This document shows, in pieces, positions 22,751 to 31,168 of a DNA stretch of 64,000 nt (position 1 is the stretch's first letter; each line of letters starts with the position of its first letter). The notes beneath the pieces are model-generated. The model was not told the DNA's origin, searched no databases, and was given only the letters and a program-made list of their open reading frames with translations. Source of the stretch: Bacteroidota bacterium (lineage in GTDB: Bacteria > Bacteroidota > Bacteroidia > Cytophagales > Cytophagaceae); assembly GCA_023458555.1 (NCBI GenBank), contig JAEWYS010000015.1, positions 123,011-187,010 on the forward strand, written 5' to 3'. The position numbers and the translations under genes are program-made.

Positions 22751-23629
22751 TTATTCTTTCTGATACTTTTTCCCAAGGGAGATATTTAGTATTATGCCTC
22801 CAAAGATCAGCAGCATACCGGCCAGTGTCAGAAGGTTAAAAGCCTCATCGAATAGAGTGTATCCGTATACCAGGGCAAGTATTACCCCTAAAAAGTATAT
22901 ATGGGCGACTTTCCCGACTTCTTCGAGCTGATACGATCTCGTGAGGAACCATTGGCCTAAATGAGTGAAAACAGCTACGCAGGCCAGAATCAGCCATTGC
23001 TCCGGATCAGGACTAACCCATTGGTAAATGGTAACCGGAAAAATGACAGGAATGGTGATGAGAGGAAAATAGAACATAATCACGGAAGGATGGTCCGTGG
23101 TTTTTAGTTTACGCACTAAAAAATGGGCGCAACCAGCGAAAAAAGTCCCGCCTAATGCGATCAGCAAGTTTTCTGTTGAAATTCGTGTATCATATCCTTT
23201 GATCAGGAATACTCCTGAAAATGAAAGAAGTATGGTGATCCATTGAACAGGGGTAACTTTTTCGTTTAGAAAAGCAGCCGCAAGTAAAAGTGTGCATACG
23301 GGCATGAGGTTGCTGATCGTGACAGCAGAAGCCAGCGGAATACGTTGTATTGAAGTAAAAAACAGGACAAGGCTTACTATACCACAAAGTCCCCGCAATA
23401 CCAGAGTCTTTTTATTGTTACCCCATGGATTAATGTCATTTTTTACAAAATCTCCGATACACATTGATAATGAAAAAACAGACCGGATCATGATAATCTG
23501 TACCACAGGAATACCCGGAAGCGCTTTTACGCACAGATGCATCAGAGAAAACGCACAGATGCTGATCAGCATGAATTTTACACCCGGTGTGAAATCCCTG
23601 AGAAGATAAGTCCTGAAATAATTAGTCAA
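22751..23629 (-). CDS. EamA/DMT-family transporter
   Basis: 292 aa, about 10 TM segments, two EamA-like halves. Confidence 0.8.
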   Translation of the reverse strand: MTNYFRTYLLRDFTPGVKFMLISICAFSLMHLCVKALPGIPVVQIIMIRSVFSLSMCIGDFVKNDINPWGNNKKTLVLRGLCGIVSLVLFFTSIQRIPLASAVTISNLMPVCTLLLAAAFLNEKVTPVQWITILLSFSGVFLIKGYDTRISTENLLIALGGTFFAGCAHFLVRKLKTTDHPSVIMFYFPLITIPVIFPVTIYQWVSPDPEQWLILACVAVFTHLGQWFLTRSYQLEEVGKVAHIYFLGVILALVYGYTLFDEAFNLLTLAGMLLIFGGIILNISLGKKYQKE

Positions 23630-23650
23630 TGAATTAAAGGGGTTAAGATT

Positions 23651-24379
23651 CTATTCTTGTCTGATGATATAAAGATCACTGGCTTTAATATAGCCGGTTT
23701 TGTCATTAAACTCAACCTGATACCATATATCAGTCTGATCGATCAGGCTGACTCTGTGTCCTGAGCCTGTGATTTCCAGCAGATCGGAACCAGGGGAAGG
23801 GGCGGACATAATCAGCGTATTTTTATTAACGATGACGGCATGCAAAGGCTGAATATTGAAATTGACAATGTAAAACAATACCAGCAATATGCAAATAAAT
23901 AAAAGAGGACGCATACCCAGATTATTCCCTTTGACTTTTTTCAGGTTAAGGTGAGCAAAATAGAATCCGGATACAATCAGAGCAGATAAAAGAATATAGT
24001 AGTAATATTTTTGATATAATGTATTGAAATATTGACTATCCGTGTATTGGTATCCGCTAAGGTTGTTGATAAGGGCAAGCTCCTCCATTTTTAAGTGTAT
24101 ATCCGGATCCGGATTTATTTTATAAAGGGTATTGAGGGTGACCAGCGCTCCACTTATGTCACCGGATGTTTCCTGCATGTAGGCAAGCTTGAGAAAAAGC
24201 GCCGGGGAAAACGATCCATTATCCAGAATGGAACGATATGCTGCTATGGCTTCTGTGCGTTGGTTAACTCTGAACAGAGAGTCTGCCTGAACTAATGGAC
24301 TATTTTTAGCTGAAGAAGTATTTGAAAATGAAATTGTAATAAAAAAAACTAAAAAAAAAATAAATATTTTCTGTCGCAT
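23651..24379 (-). CDS. TPR - 2xTM - SH3b protein (BatE-like architecture)
   Basis: Signal peptide, TPR-like helical region, two hydrophobic segments, and a C-terminal SH3b-like segment (...VSLIDQTDIWYQVEFNDKTGYIKASDLYI). Same layout as the BatE gene at 55432..56181. Confidence 0.65.
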   Translation of the reverse strand: MRQKIFIFFLVFFITISFSNTSSAKNSPLVQADSLFRVNQRTEAIAAYRSILDNGSFSPALFLKLAYMQETSGDISGALVTLNTLYKINPDPDIHLKMEELALINNLSGYQYTDSQYFNTLYQKYYYYILLSALIVSGFYFAHLNLKKVKGNNLGMRPLLFICILLVLFYIVNFNIQPLHAVIVNKNTLIMSAPSPGSDLLEITGSGHRVSLIDQTDIWYQVEFNDKTGYIKASDLYIIRQE

Positions 24380-24404
24380 AGTTTGTATTTAAACCAATAG
24401 CTAT

Positions 24405-24412
24405 TACCTTTG
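24405..24412 (+). promoter_or_regulatory. putative -7 promoter box (TAnnTTTG) for tRNA-Lys copy 1
   Basis: TACCTTTG lies 46 nt upstream of the mature tRNA 5' end. Confidence 0.5.
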
Positions 24413-24457
24413 CACAGCAATTACGACAAAGAATTGCACAAAAAAAAGAAAAAAGTT

Positions 24458-24530
24458 GACTTCTTAGCTCAGTAGGTAGAGCACATCCCTTTTAAGGATG
24501 GGGTCCTGGGTTCGAGCCCCAGAGGAGTCA
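24458..24530 (+). tRNA. tRNA-Lys (anticodon UUU), copy 1
   Basis: 73-nt cloverleaf folded by hand. Acceptor gacttct/aggagtc (one G-U), D-arm gctc..gagc, anticodon stem catcc/ggatg with loop CTTTTAA, T-arm ctggg-ttcgagc-cccag. No encoded CCA. Confidence 0.93.
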
Positions 24531-24537
24531 CAAACGA

Positions 24538-24566
24538 AGCCCTCGCAGTTTTGCAGGGCTTTTTTG
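24538..24566 (+). terminator. rho-independent terminator after tRNA-Lys copy 1
   Basis: gccct(c)gca-gttt-tgcagggc hairpin, followed by TTTTTTGTTTT. Confidence 0.7.
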
Positions 24567-24756
24567 TTTTATTGTGTAGTCGTTTGTAATTGTATTTTTT
24601 TTATATTATTCTTGAGAAGCTGATGAGGTGTCCGGAATCATTTTTCTGAAAGTTTCATACCGGGGGACAGCTTTGGGGGAGTACTATGTTGTTAAGTAGG
24701 GTTACTTTTCATAGCTTAAAAAGAATGGCAAAATTTGCATTTATATAAATAGCTGC

Positions 24757-24764
24757 TATCTTTG
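24757..24764 (+). promoter_or_regulatory. putative -7 promoter box (TAnnTTTG) for tRNA-Lys copy 2
   Basis: TATCTTTG lies 34 nt upstream of the mature tRNA 5' end. Confidence 0.5.
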
Positions 24765-24797
24765 CACCGCATTTGAAAAAATGTATTCGGATAAGTT

Positions 24798-24870
24798 GAC
24801 TTCTTAGCTCAGTAGGTAGAGCACATCCCTTTTAAGGATGGGGTCCTGGGTTCGAGCCCCAGAGGAGTCA
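24798..24870 (+). tRNA. tRNA-Lys (anticodon UUU), copy 2
   Basis: Sequence is identical to copy 1 over all 73 nt. Confidence 0.93.
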
Positions 24871-24878
24871 CAAACAAA

Positions 24879-24914
24879 AGCCCTCGCAGTGTTTTGCAGG
24901 GCTTTTCTGTTTTG
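24879..24914 (+). terminator. rho-independent terminator after tRNA-Lys copy 2
   Basis: agccctcgcag-tgtt-ttgcagggct hairpin, followed by TTTTCTGTTTTGTT. It is a near-copy of the first terminator. Confidence 0.65.
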
Positions 24915-24922
24915 TTAAAAAA

Positions 24923-25693
24923 CTATTCGAATATCAGGTGCTTTACAGATTCTCCTGAGTTTATCAGTTCCAGAAGAGAATCGATTCCGATTTCAAGATG
25001 CTTCCCGGCAAATCTATTAGTTACTTCCTTGTCGCTTCTGGAGGTTTTGACCCCTTCCGGATCCATTGGATTGTCTGAAACCAGCAACAATGCTCCGTGT
25101 GGAATACCATTGGCAAAGCCTACGACAAATATGGTCGCAGTTTCCATGTCGATTCCCATAGCCCGGATATCCCTCAGGTATTCTTTAAAACCCTCATCAT
25201 GCTCCCATACTCTGCGGTTGGTTGTATAGATCGTACCTGTCCAATAATCCAGCTCATGTTTTTTTATAGTAGAAGACACTGAGCGCTGGAGCCGGAAAGA
25301 AGGCAGAGCCGGAATCTCAGGTGGAAGATAGTCATCGCTGGTTCCCTCACCCCGAATAGCTGCGATAGGAAGTATCAGATCTCCTATTTTTGTTTTTTTC
25401 AGACCACCACATTTGCCGAGGAATAAAGCTGCCTTGGGCATGATTGCGCTTAATAAGTCCATTACGGTAGCCGCCATGGCGCTTCCCATTCCAAAATTTA
25501 TAATTGTAATATTATGAGCAGTTGCGGTTTGCATTGGCTTGTCATACCCTTTGATTTCCACATCAAAACGGCTGGCAAACATCTCGACATAATTAATAAA
25601 GTTTGTCAATAAAATGTATTGACCAAATTCATCCAAGGCAGTACCGGTATATCTGGGTAACCAGTCCGATACAATTTCATCTTTAGTCTTCAT
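24923..25693 (-). CDS. AMP nucleosidase-like nucleoside phosphorylase-fold protein (short form)
   Basis: 256 aa. PNP_UDP-type core (...NFGMGSAMAATVMD..., ...GKCGGL..., ...GIDMETATIF...). It resembles the catalytic domain of AMP nucleosidase and lacks the N-terminal regulatory domain. Confidence 0.75.
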   Translation of the reverse strand: MKTKDEIVSDWLPRYTGTALDEFGQYILLTNFINYVEMFASRFDVEIKGYDKPMQTATAHNITIINFGMGSAMAATVMDLLSAIMPKAALFLGKCGGLKKTKIGDLILPIAAIRGEGTSDDYLPPEIPALPSFRLQRSVSSTIKKHELDYWTGTIYTTNRRVWEHDEGFKEYLRDIRAMGIDMETATIFVVGFANGIPHGALLLVSDNPMDPEGVKTSRSDKEVTNRFAGKHLEIGIDSLLELINSGESVKHLIFE

Positions 25694-25716
25694 ATATCTA
25701 TCCTCCTTTTGTAAAT

Positions 25717-26166
25717 TTGAGTATGATTTGCCTTAATCTGCCACCGGTTTCATTCAGGTATAAAGACCTTAACGGAAAAAAGGCGGTTTTTGATATCCTG
25801 CGAAAGAAATATATAATTCTTACTCCGGAAGAATGGGTCCGGCAGCATTTTATTCATTTTCTGATTAATCATTGCAGGTATCCGAAGGCGCTCATTAAGA
25901 TTGAATCAGGGCTTCGTTACAACTCGTTGAATGGCAGAAGCGATATTATTGTATTTGACCGTTCCGGGCAGGTTTTTATGCTGATTGAGTGTAAATCTTC
26001 TGAGTTATCGCTGTCAGATAAAGTATTTGAGCAGGCATCCCGCTATAATATTCACTACAAGGCACGTTATCTTGTTATCACGAATGGTCTGCAGCATTTT
26101 TGCTGTCGGATAATACATGAAACAGGCAGCTATGAGTTTGTGGAGCAGCTGCCTGCGTTTGAATGA
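25717..26166 (+). CDS. stand-alone HsdR_N-type PD-(D/E)xK nuclease-fold protein
   Basis: 149 aa. ...RSDIIVFDRSGQVFMLIECKS... gives the D...ExK nuclease motif typical of the type I restriction enzyme R N-terminal domain. No HsdM/HsdS/helicase nearby. TTG start at 25717 or ATG at 25723. Confidence 0.7.
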   Translation: MSMICLNLPPVSFRYKDLNGKKAVFDILRKKYIILTPEEWVRQHFIHFLINHCRYPKALIKIESGLRYNSLNGRSDIIVFDRSGQVFMLIECKSSELSLSDKVFEQASRYNIHYKARYLVITNGLQHFCCRIIHETGSYEFVEQLPAFE

Positions 26167-26169
26167 TAT

Positions 26170-27273
26170 TTATCCGACTTCTTCAAAAGGTAAGTTCAGG
26201 CTTTCTGCCAATAGTTTATGTACTATTTTGCCATGAACAATATTCAACCCTTCTTTTAACCCGGTATTTTCCCTGATTGCATTTTTCCAGCCTTTGTTTG
26301 CCAGTTGCAGGATAAACGGAAGTGTTGCATTGGTTAATGCCAGTGTTGAACTATGAGGTACTGCTCCGGGCATGTTGGCAACACAATAATGAACAACCCC
26401 GTCTATAACATATATAGGAGCTTCGTGAGTAGTTGGCCGGCATGTTTCTATGCAGCCACCCTGATCTACGGCTACATCTACTAATACAGTGCCTGGGCGC
26501 ATTAATTTGAGCATATCCGCTGATATCAGCACCGGAGCTTTGGCTCCGGGGATCAGTACAGCGCCAATAATCAGATCGGCCTGAGAAACCGTGTCACGAA
26601 TATTTGTGGAGTTGGAGTATATGGTTGTTACATTGGAAGGAAGAATATCTGATAAATGACGTAAGCGGTCGATATTTATATCAAACAAGGTGACATTGGC
26701 TCCAAGACCGGCAGCCATTTTTGCGGCATTAGCTCCCACTATGCCTCCACCAAGCACAATAACATTAGCGGGGGGGACCCCGGGTACTCCACCCAGCAGG
26801 ACACCTCTTCCGCCCATAGGCTTTTCAAGATATTTCGCTCCTTCCTGAACACTCATTCGGCCGGCTATTTCTGACATTGGTGTAAGAAGAGGGAGTGACT
26901 TATCTGATTTTGTGACTGTTTCATATGCGATACATACTGCGCCTGATTTGCACATCGATTCGGTCAATTCCAGTGACGAAGCAAAGTGAAAATAGGAGAA
27001 AACAATATGGTGTTTCTCGATCAGATTATATTCTTCCCGCAGCGGTTCCTTAACTTTGATGATCAGCTCTGTGGTTTTGTAGATTGATTCAAGCGTATCT
27101 GCAATCTTTGCACCTTTTTCCATGTAATCGGAATCAGAAAAACCGGAACCAGCTCCTGCATCCTGCTGAATATAGACTTCGTGTCCGCAATTGACTAATT
27201 CTGCTACTCCAGCCGGAGTGACAGCTACACGGTATTCATTCTTTTTTATTTCTTTAGGTACTCCTATTTTCAT
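26170..27273 (-). CDS. ald: alanine dehydrogenase
   Basis: [23 protein letters not shown]..., NAD-binding [12 protein letters not shown]. 367 aa. Confidence 0.95.
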   Translation of the reverse strand: MKIGVPKEIKKNEYRVAVTPAGVAELVNCGHEVYIQQDAGAGSGFSDSDYMEKGAKIADTLESIYKTTELIIKVKEPLREEYNLIEKHHIVFSYFHFASSLELTESMCKSGAVCIAYETVTKSDKSLPLLTPMSEIAGRMSVQEGAKYLEKPMGGRGVLLGGVPGVPPANVIVLGGGIVGANAAKMAAGLGANVTLFDINIDRLRHLSDILPSNVTTIYSNSTNIRDTVSQADLIIGAVLIPGAKAPVLISADMLKLMRPGTVLVDVAVDQGGCIETCRPTTHEAPIYVIDGVVHYCVANMPGAVPHSSTLALTNATLPFILQLANKGWKNAIRENTGLKEGLNIVHGKIVHKLLAESLNLPFEEVG

Positions 27274-27318
27274 ATAATATTTAACTTCAATGTTGAATCA
27301 GAGTTGTTGCTGATATAT

Positions 27319-27356
27319 AAAAAAAAAGCCATCCCACATTGGAATGGCTTTTTTTG
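27319..27356 (-). terminator. rho-independent terminator (A/T-flanked hairpin)
   Basis: aaaaaaaa-agccatccc-acatt-ggaatggct-ttttttt. It lies downstream of the minus-strand gene ending at 27368. Confidence 0.7.
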
Positions 27357-27367
27357 AATTAATATTT

Positions 27368-28147
27368 TTATTTAAAAGGTGTCTGGTTGCTTTCCTTCAA
27401 AGGACTTTGATTCGAAAGATTTTCGACCACTTCAGCCTGTAGTATGATTTGCATAAGCGGATTATTCAGATCATTGGTGGTTAACGACACGATATCTCTA
27501 TTGGGCCCGTCCTGATAAGGGTTGTACACAAGCTCCAGTTTGCCGGATTTTCCCGGCTCCAGAGTAGCAGGAGTAAGTGTATATTTAATGCAGTTGCAGG
27601 CAGACTGAGCTTTGGTAATTGTTAAAGGAGTTTTACCTGTATTCTTTACCTGAAATTCTTTAACAACCTTTTGTCCTCTTTCAATTTTCCCAAAGTTATA
27701 TTCGTTCTTATCAAGTTTCAGCTGAGCTGATTTTTTTAATTCTTCCGGAGAATATTGGGGCTTTTCCTCTTCTTTGTTAACAACACCTTTGATAAACAAT
27801 ACTTTGCTTGATTCTATTGCATTGGAAGTGATTGTAATGCTTTTGTTAAAAACACCCGGACGTCCTTTGCTGTTGTAGGATGCTTTGATAACACCCGTTC
27901 CCCCGGGAGGAACAGGATCTTTGGTCCAGTTTGGAGTGGTGCATCCGCAGGATGCTCTTACATTTGTAATAATAATAGGAGTAGTACCGGTATTGGTGAA
28001 AGTAAATTCATGCTCAGCCTGAATGCCTTCGCTGAAGGTGCCAAAGTCGAACGATTCTTCTTTGAATTCAAATTCTCCGGTCTGAGCAAATGCGCTCCAT
28101 ACCAGCAGCAGACAACTGCCTAATAAAAGTGTCAGATTTTTTACCAT
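27368..28147 (-). CDS. secreted protein with two DUF1573 domains
   Basis: Signal peptide. Two repeats carry the DUF1573 hallmark (F.F.NTG..PL.I..V.ASCGCT: RASCGCTTPNWTK and QSACNCIKYTL). Confidence 0.8.
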   Translation of the reverse strand: MVKNLTLLLGSCLLLVWSAFAQTGEFEFKEESFDFGTFSEGIQAEHEFTFTNTGTTPIIITNVRASCGCTTPNWTKDPVPPGGTGVIKASYNSKGRPGVFNKSITITSNAIESSKVLFIKGVVNKEEEKPQYSPEELKKSAQLKLDKNEYNFGKIERGQKVVKEFQVKNTGKTPLTITKAQSACNCIKYTLTPATLEPGKSGKLELVYNPYQDGPNRDIVSLTTNDLNNPLMQIILQAEVVENLSNQSPLKESNQTPFK

Positions 28148-28271
28148 GTTGAAAATATGTTATTAATTATAAAACCATTTATGAAATGAAGTATTGAAAA
28201 AACTCCCAAATATTATTCCATTTTTTAAAAGACACAAATTTTATTTGGTTTGATCCTAAAACCTTTTTACA

Positions 28272-28279
28272 TATTTTTG
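28272..28279 (+). promoter_or_regulatory. putative -7 promoter box (TAnnTTTG)
   Basis: TATTTTTG lies 53 nt upstream of the GTG start at 28332. Confidence 0.35.
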
Positions 28280-28331
28280 ACGTTAAACTGTAAATAAAGG
28301 TAGGCATTTTTTCCATCAAATCTAGAATATA

Positions 28332-30761
28332 GTGGATACTCAGGAAGTAATACCAAATCTTAGCATATCAAAAGAAGAAGTTCTTAATGATTATCGCATT
28401 GCCTGCGAAAGCAGACAGGCGAGTATTCTTGGACGTAAGGAAGTATTCATGGGGAAAGCTAAATTTGGCATATTTGGTACAGGTAAAGAACTTGCGCAGA
28501 TTGCCATGGCGAAGTATTTCCGTGAAGGCGATTTCCGTTCAGGCTATTACAGGGATCAGACATTCATGATGGCTATTGGAGAATTGACTATCAAACAGTA
28601 TTTTTCCCAATTATATGCGCATACGGATGTTGAGGTAGAGCCTCATTCTGCCGGAAGAATGATGATTGGCCACTATTGCACCAGAAGTCTTGATAATGAG
28701 GGCAAATGGAAAGATCTGACCAAAATAAAAAATTCAAGTCCTGATATATCTCCGACAGGAGCACAAATGCCTCGGCTTGTTGGTCTGGCATACGCTTCAA
28801 AACTGTACAGAAATAATAAAGATCTTCATTACCTTAAGCAGTTTTCTGTCAATGGAAATGAAATTGCTTTTGGTACTATAGGAAATGCAGCAACAGCAGA
28901 AGGCATTTTTTTTGAAGCGGTAAATGCTGCCGGAGTTTTGCAGATTCCTATGATTGTATCTATATGGGATGATGCATACGGAATTTCCGTACCTCAGGAG
29001 TATCAGACTACTAAAGTGGATATATCTGCCATGTTTACCGGCTTTCGCAGAACCAGGGACGAGCGCGGAATTGAAATATATAAGGTGAATGGCTGGAATT
29101 ATGAAGCACTGTGCGCTACCTATAAAGAGGCAGCTGAGCTTGCGCGACAGGAGCATGTTCCTTCACTTATTCATGTAGCTGAACTTACACAGCCTCTGGG
29201 ACATTCTACTTCTGGTTCGCATGAACGCTACAAGTCAAAGGAAAGACTTGCCTGGGAAGAAGAATTTGATTGTAACAAGAAATTCAGAGAGTGGATACTT
29301 GATTCTGAGATTGTTTCTGAGGGAGAACTGCTTGCTATAGAAAAGGCGGCTGTTGATACTGTCAGAAAAGCCAGACAGGAAGCCTGGAGCGATTTTGTAG
29401 AATCAATGAAAGGAGATCTGGATCTGGCTCTTCAGCTAATCAGAGAGGCGGCAGATAGCTCATCCGATAATCAGGAAGCGCTGAATGATATTTATAATGA
29501 GCTTTCCAGAACACTCAATCCGATACGAAGTGATGCATACAAGGCTGTAAAAAAGACACTGAGAATTATCCGCAGAGAAGACAACCGGATAAAGCCAAAG
29601 CTCATAGGCTGGCTGGAAAGAGCTACCAGAGAAAATGCAGAGCGGTATAATTCGCATTTATACAGTCAGTCAGAAGATAGTGCGCTGCATGTTAAGGAAA
29701 TATCGCCTGCTTATGCTGATGATGCCGAATCAGTAGATGGAAGGGAAGTACTGCAGGCCAATTTTGAAGCGCTTATGCTAAAAGATGCCAGAGTATTTGC
29801 TTTTGGCGAAGACGTGGGAGTGATCGGAGATGTGAACCAGGGACTGGCTGGTTTGCAGCAAAAGTTTGGTAAACTCCGGGTAATAGATACAGGTATTCGC
29901 GAACTTTCCATTGTAGGACAGGGAATAGGTGCCTCCATGAGGGGGTTAAGGCCAATAGCAGAGATTCAGTATCTTGATTATCTTATATTTGCTATTCAGA
30001 CATTGTCGGATGATCTGGCGACTCTGCATTATCGTACCAAAGGAGGACAGAAGGCTCCGATGATTATCAGAACCAGGGGGCATCGTCTTGAAGGAATGTT
30101 CCATTCCGGATCACCAATGAGTCTCATTCTTGGCAGTCTCAGGGGAGTGTATGTGCTTGTACCGCGCAATATGACCCAGGCCGCAGGTTTCTATAATACC
30201 ATGTTAAAATCCGATGATCCGGCTATTATTATTGAGAGTCTGAATGGTTATCGTCTGAAAGAAAAGATGCCCTCTAATCTCGGAGAATATACGGTGCCTC
30301 TCGGAGTACCGGAGATACTGAGAGAGGGAGATGATATTACCATTGTTACCTACGGGTCTATGTGCCGTATTGTCATGGATGCAGCCGAGCAGTTGCAGGA
30401 AGTCGGAATTTCGTGCGAAGTAATTGATGTACAGACATTGATTCCTTTTGACAGAAATCATCTGATAGTCGAGTCTGTTAAGAAAACGAACAGAGCTATT
30501 TTTACAGATGAGGATGTGCCGGGGGGAGCTTCTGCCTATATGCTCCAAAAAGTTCTGGAAGAGCAGAATGCTTACCGATACCTGGATGCCAGGCCCGTGA
30601 CGATTCCGGGCAAAGCGCACAGACCGGCTTATGCATCTGACGGAGATTATTTTTCCAAACCCAATACAGAAGATATATTCGATGCGGCTTATGCTATGAT
30701 GCATGAAGCAGATCCTGATAACTTTCCTGAATTGTACCCGACAGATAATATGAATGGATGA
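28332..30761 (+). CDS. fused alpha/beta E1 component of a 2-oxoacid dehydrogenase (TPP-dependent)
   Basis: 809 aa. The N-terminal half is E1-alpha-like (TPP-binding region ...GTIGNAATAEGIFFEAVNAA...IWDDAYGIS). The C-terminal half is E1-beta/transketolase-Pyr-like (...FGEDVG...GIRELSIVGQGIG...). GTG start. Confidence 0.87.
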   Translation: MDTQEVIPNLSISKEEVLNDYRIACESRQASILGRKEVFMGKAKFGIFGTGKELAQIAMAKYFREGDFRSGYYRDQTFMMAIGELTIKQYFSQLYAHTDVEVEPHSAGRMMIGHYCTRSLDNEGKWKDLTKIKNSSPDISPTGAQMPRLVGLAYASKLYRNNKDLHYLKQFSVNGNEIAFGTIGNAATAEGIFFEAVNAAGVLQIPMIVSIWDDAYGISVPQEYQTTKVDISAMFTGFRRTRDERGIEIYKVNGWNYEALCATYKEAAELARQEHVPSLIHVAELTQPLGHSTSGSHERYKSKERLAWEEEFDCNKKFREWILDSEIVSEGELLAIEKAAVDTVRKARQEAWSDFVESMKGDLDLALQLIREAADSSSDNQEALNDIYNELSRTLNPIRSDAYKAVKKTLRIIRREDNRIKPKLIGWLERATRENAERYNSHLYSQSEDSALHVKEISPAYADDAESVDGREVLQANFEALMLKDARVFAFGEDVGVIGDVNQGLAGLQQKFGKLRVIDTGIRELSIVGQGIGASMRGLRPIAEIQYLDYLIFAIQTLSDDLATLHYRTKGGQKAPMIIRTRGHRLEGMFHSGSPMSLILGSLRGVYVLVPRNMTQAAGFYNTMLKSDDPAIIIESLNGYRLKEKMPSNLGEYTVPLGVPEILREGDDITIVTYGSMCRIVMDAAEQLQEVGISCEVIDVQTLIPFDRNHLIVESVKKTNRAIFTDEDVPGGASAYMLQKVLEEQNAYRYLDARPVTIPGKAHRPAYASDGDYFSKPNTEDIFDAAYAMMHEADPDNFPELYPTDNMNG

Positions 30762-31150
30762 AAAATGATCATCCGGTGATCTTTTTTGATGGTGTCTGTG
30801 GATTGTGTAACAGGTTTGTTGATTTTGTTATTCGCAGAGATAAGGAGAAAAAATTTCTTTTTGCACCTTTGCAGGGAGCTACTGCCAGCAAGCATAATCT
30901 TTCGCTCGGAAAGTATAATTCGGTAGTCTTGTGGCAAGGTGGTAAGTATCAGGTCAAGTCTTCTGCCGCTATTGCTATACTGTCACAGCTTCCGGGATTG
31001 TTCAGGCTGGCAAAGATTTTACTATTCATACCTGAGAGCATTAGGGATTGGGTGTACGATATAGTAGCAGACAATCGTTATCGCTGGTTTGGTAAAAAGA
31101 AAGTATGCCGGATTCCTTCCAAAGAAGAGCGGTTGCGGTTTATGCCTTAA
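30758..31150 (+). CDS. DCC-family thiol-disulfide oxidoreductase (DUF393)
   Basis: N-terminal FFDGVCGLCNRFVDFV (DxxCxxC). 130 aa. The start overlaps the E1 stop in ATGA. Confidence 0.85.
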   Translation: MKNDHPVIFFDGVCGLCNRFVDFVIRRDKEKKFLFAPLQGATASKHNLSLGKYNSVVLWQGGKYQVKSSAAIAILSQLPGLFRLAKILLFIPESIRDWVYDIVADNRYRWFGKKKVCRIPSKEERLRFMP

Positions 31151-31168
31151 AAGTTCTGGGCAATTACC

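Noticed and set aside
24458-24870. A repeat pair that could be mistaken for a minimal CRISPR-like or other repeat array.
   Set aside because: The repeated unit folds as a canonical tRNA-Lys cloverleaf with its own promoter and terminator. There are only two copies at a 340-bp period, and no cas genes.
25717-26166. A type I restriction-modification or other defence system around the HsdR_N-domain gene.
   Set aside because: No methyltransferase, specificity subunit, helicase/ATPase or other defence-associated gene is adjacent. The neighbours are alanine dehydrogenase and an AMP-nucleosidase-like gene. Only a solo nuclease-fold protein can be supported.
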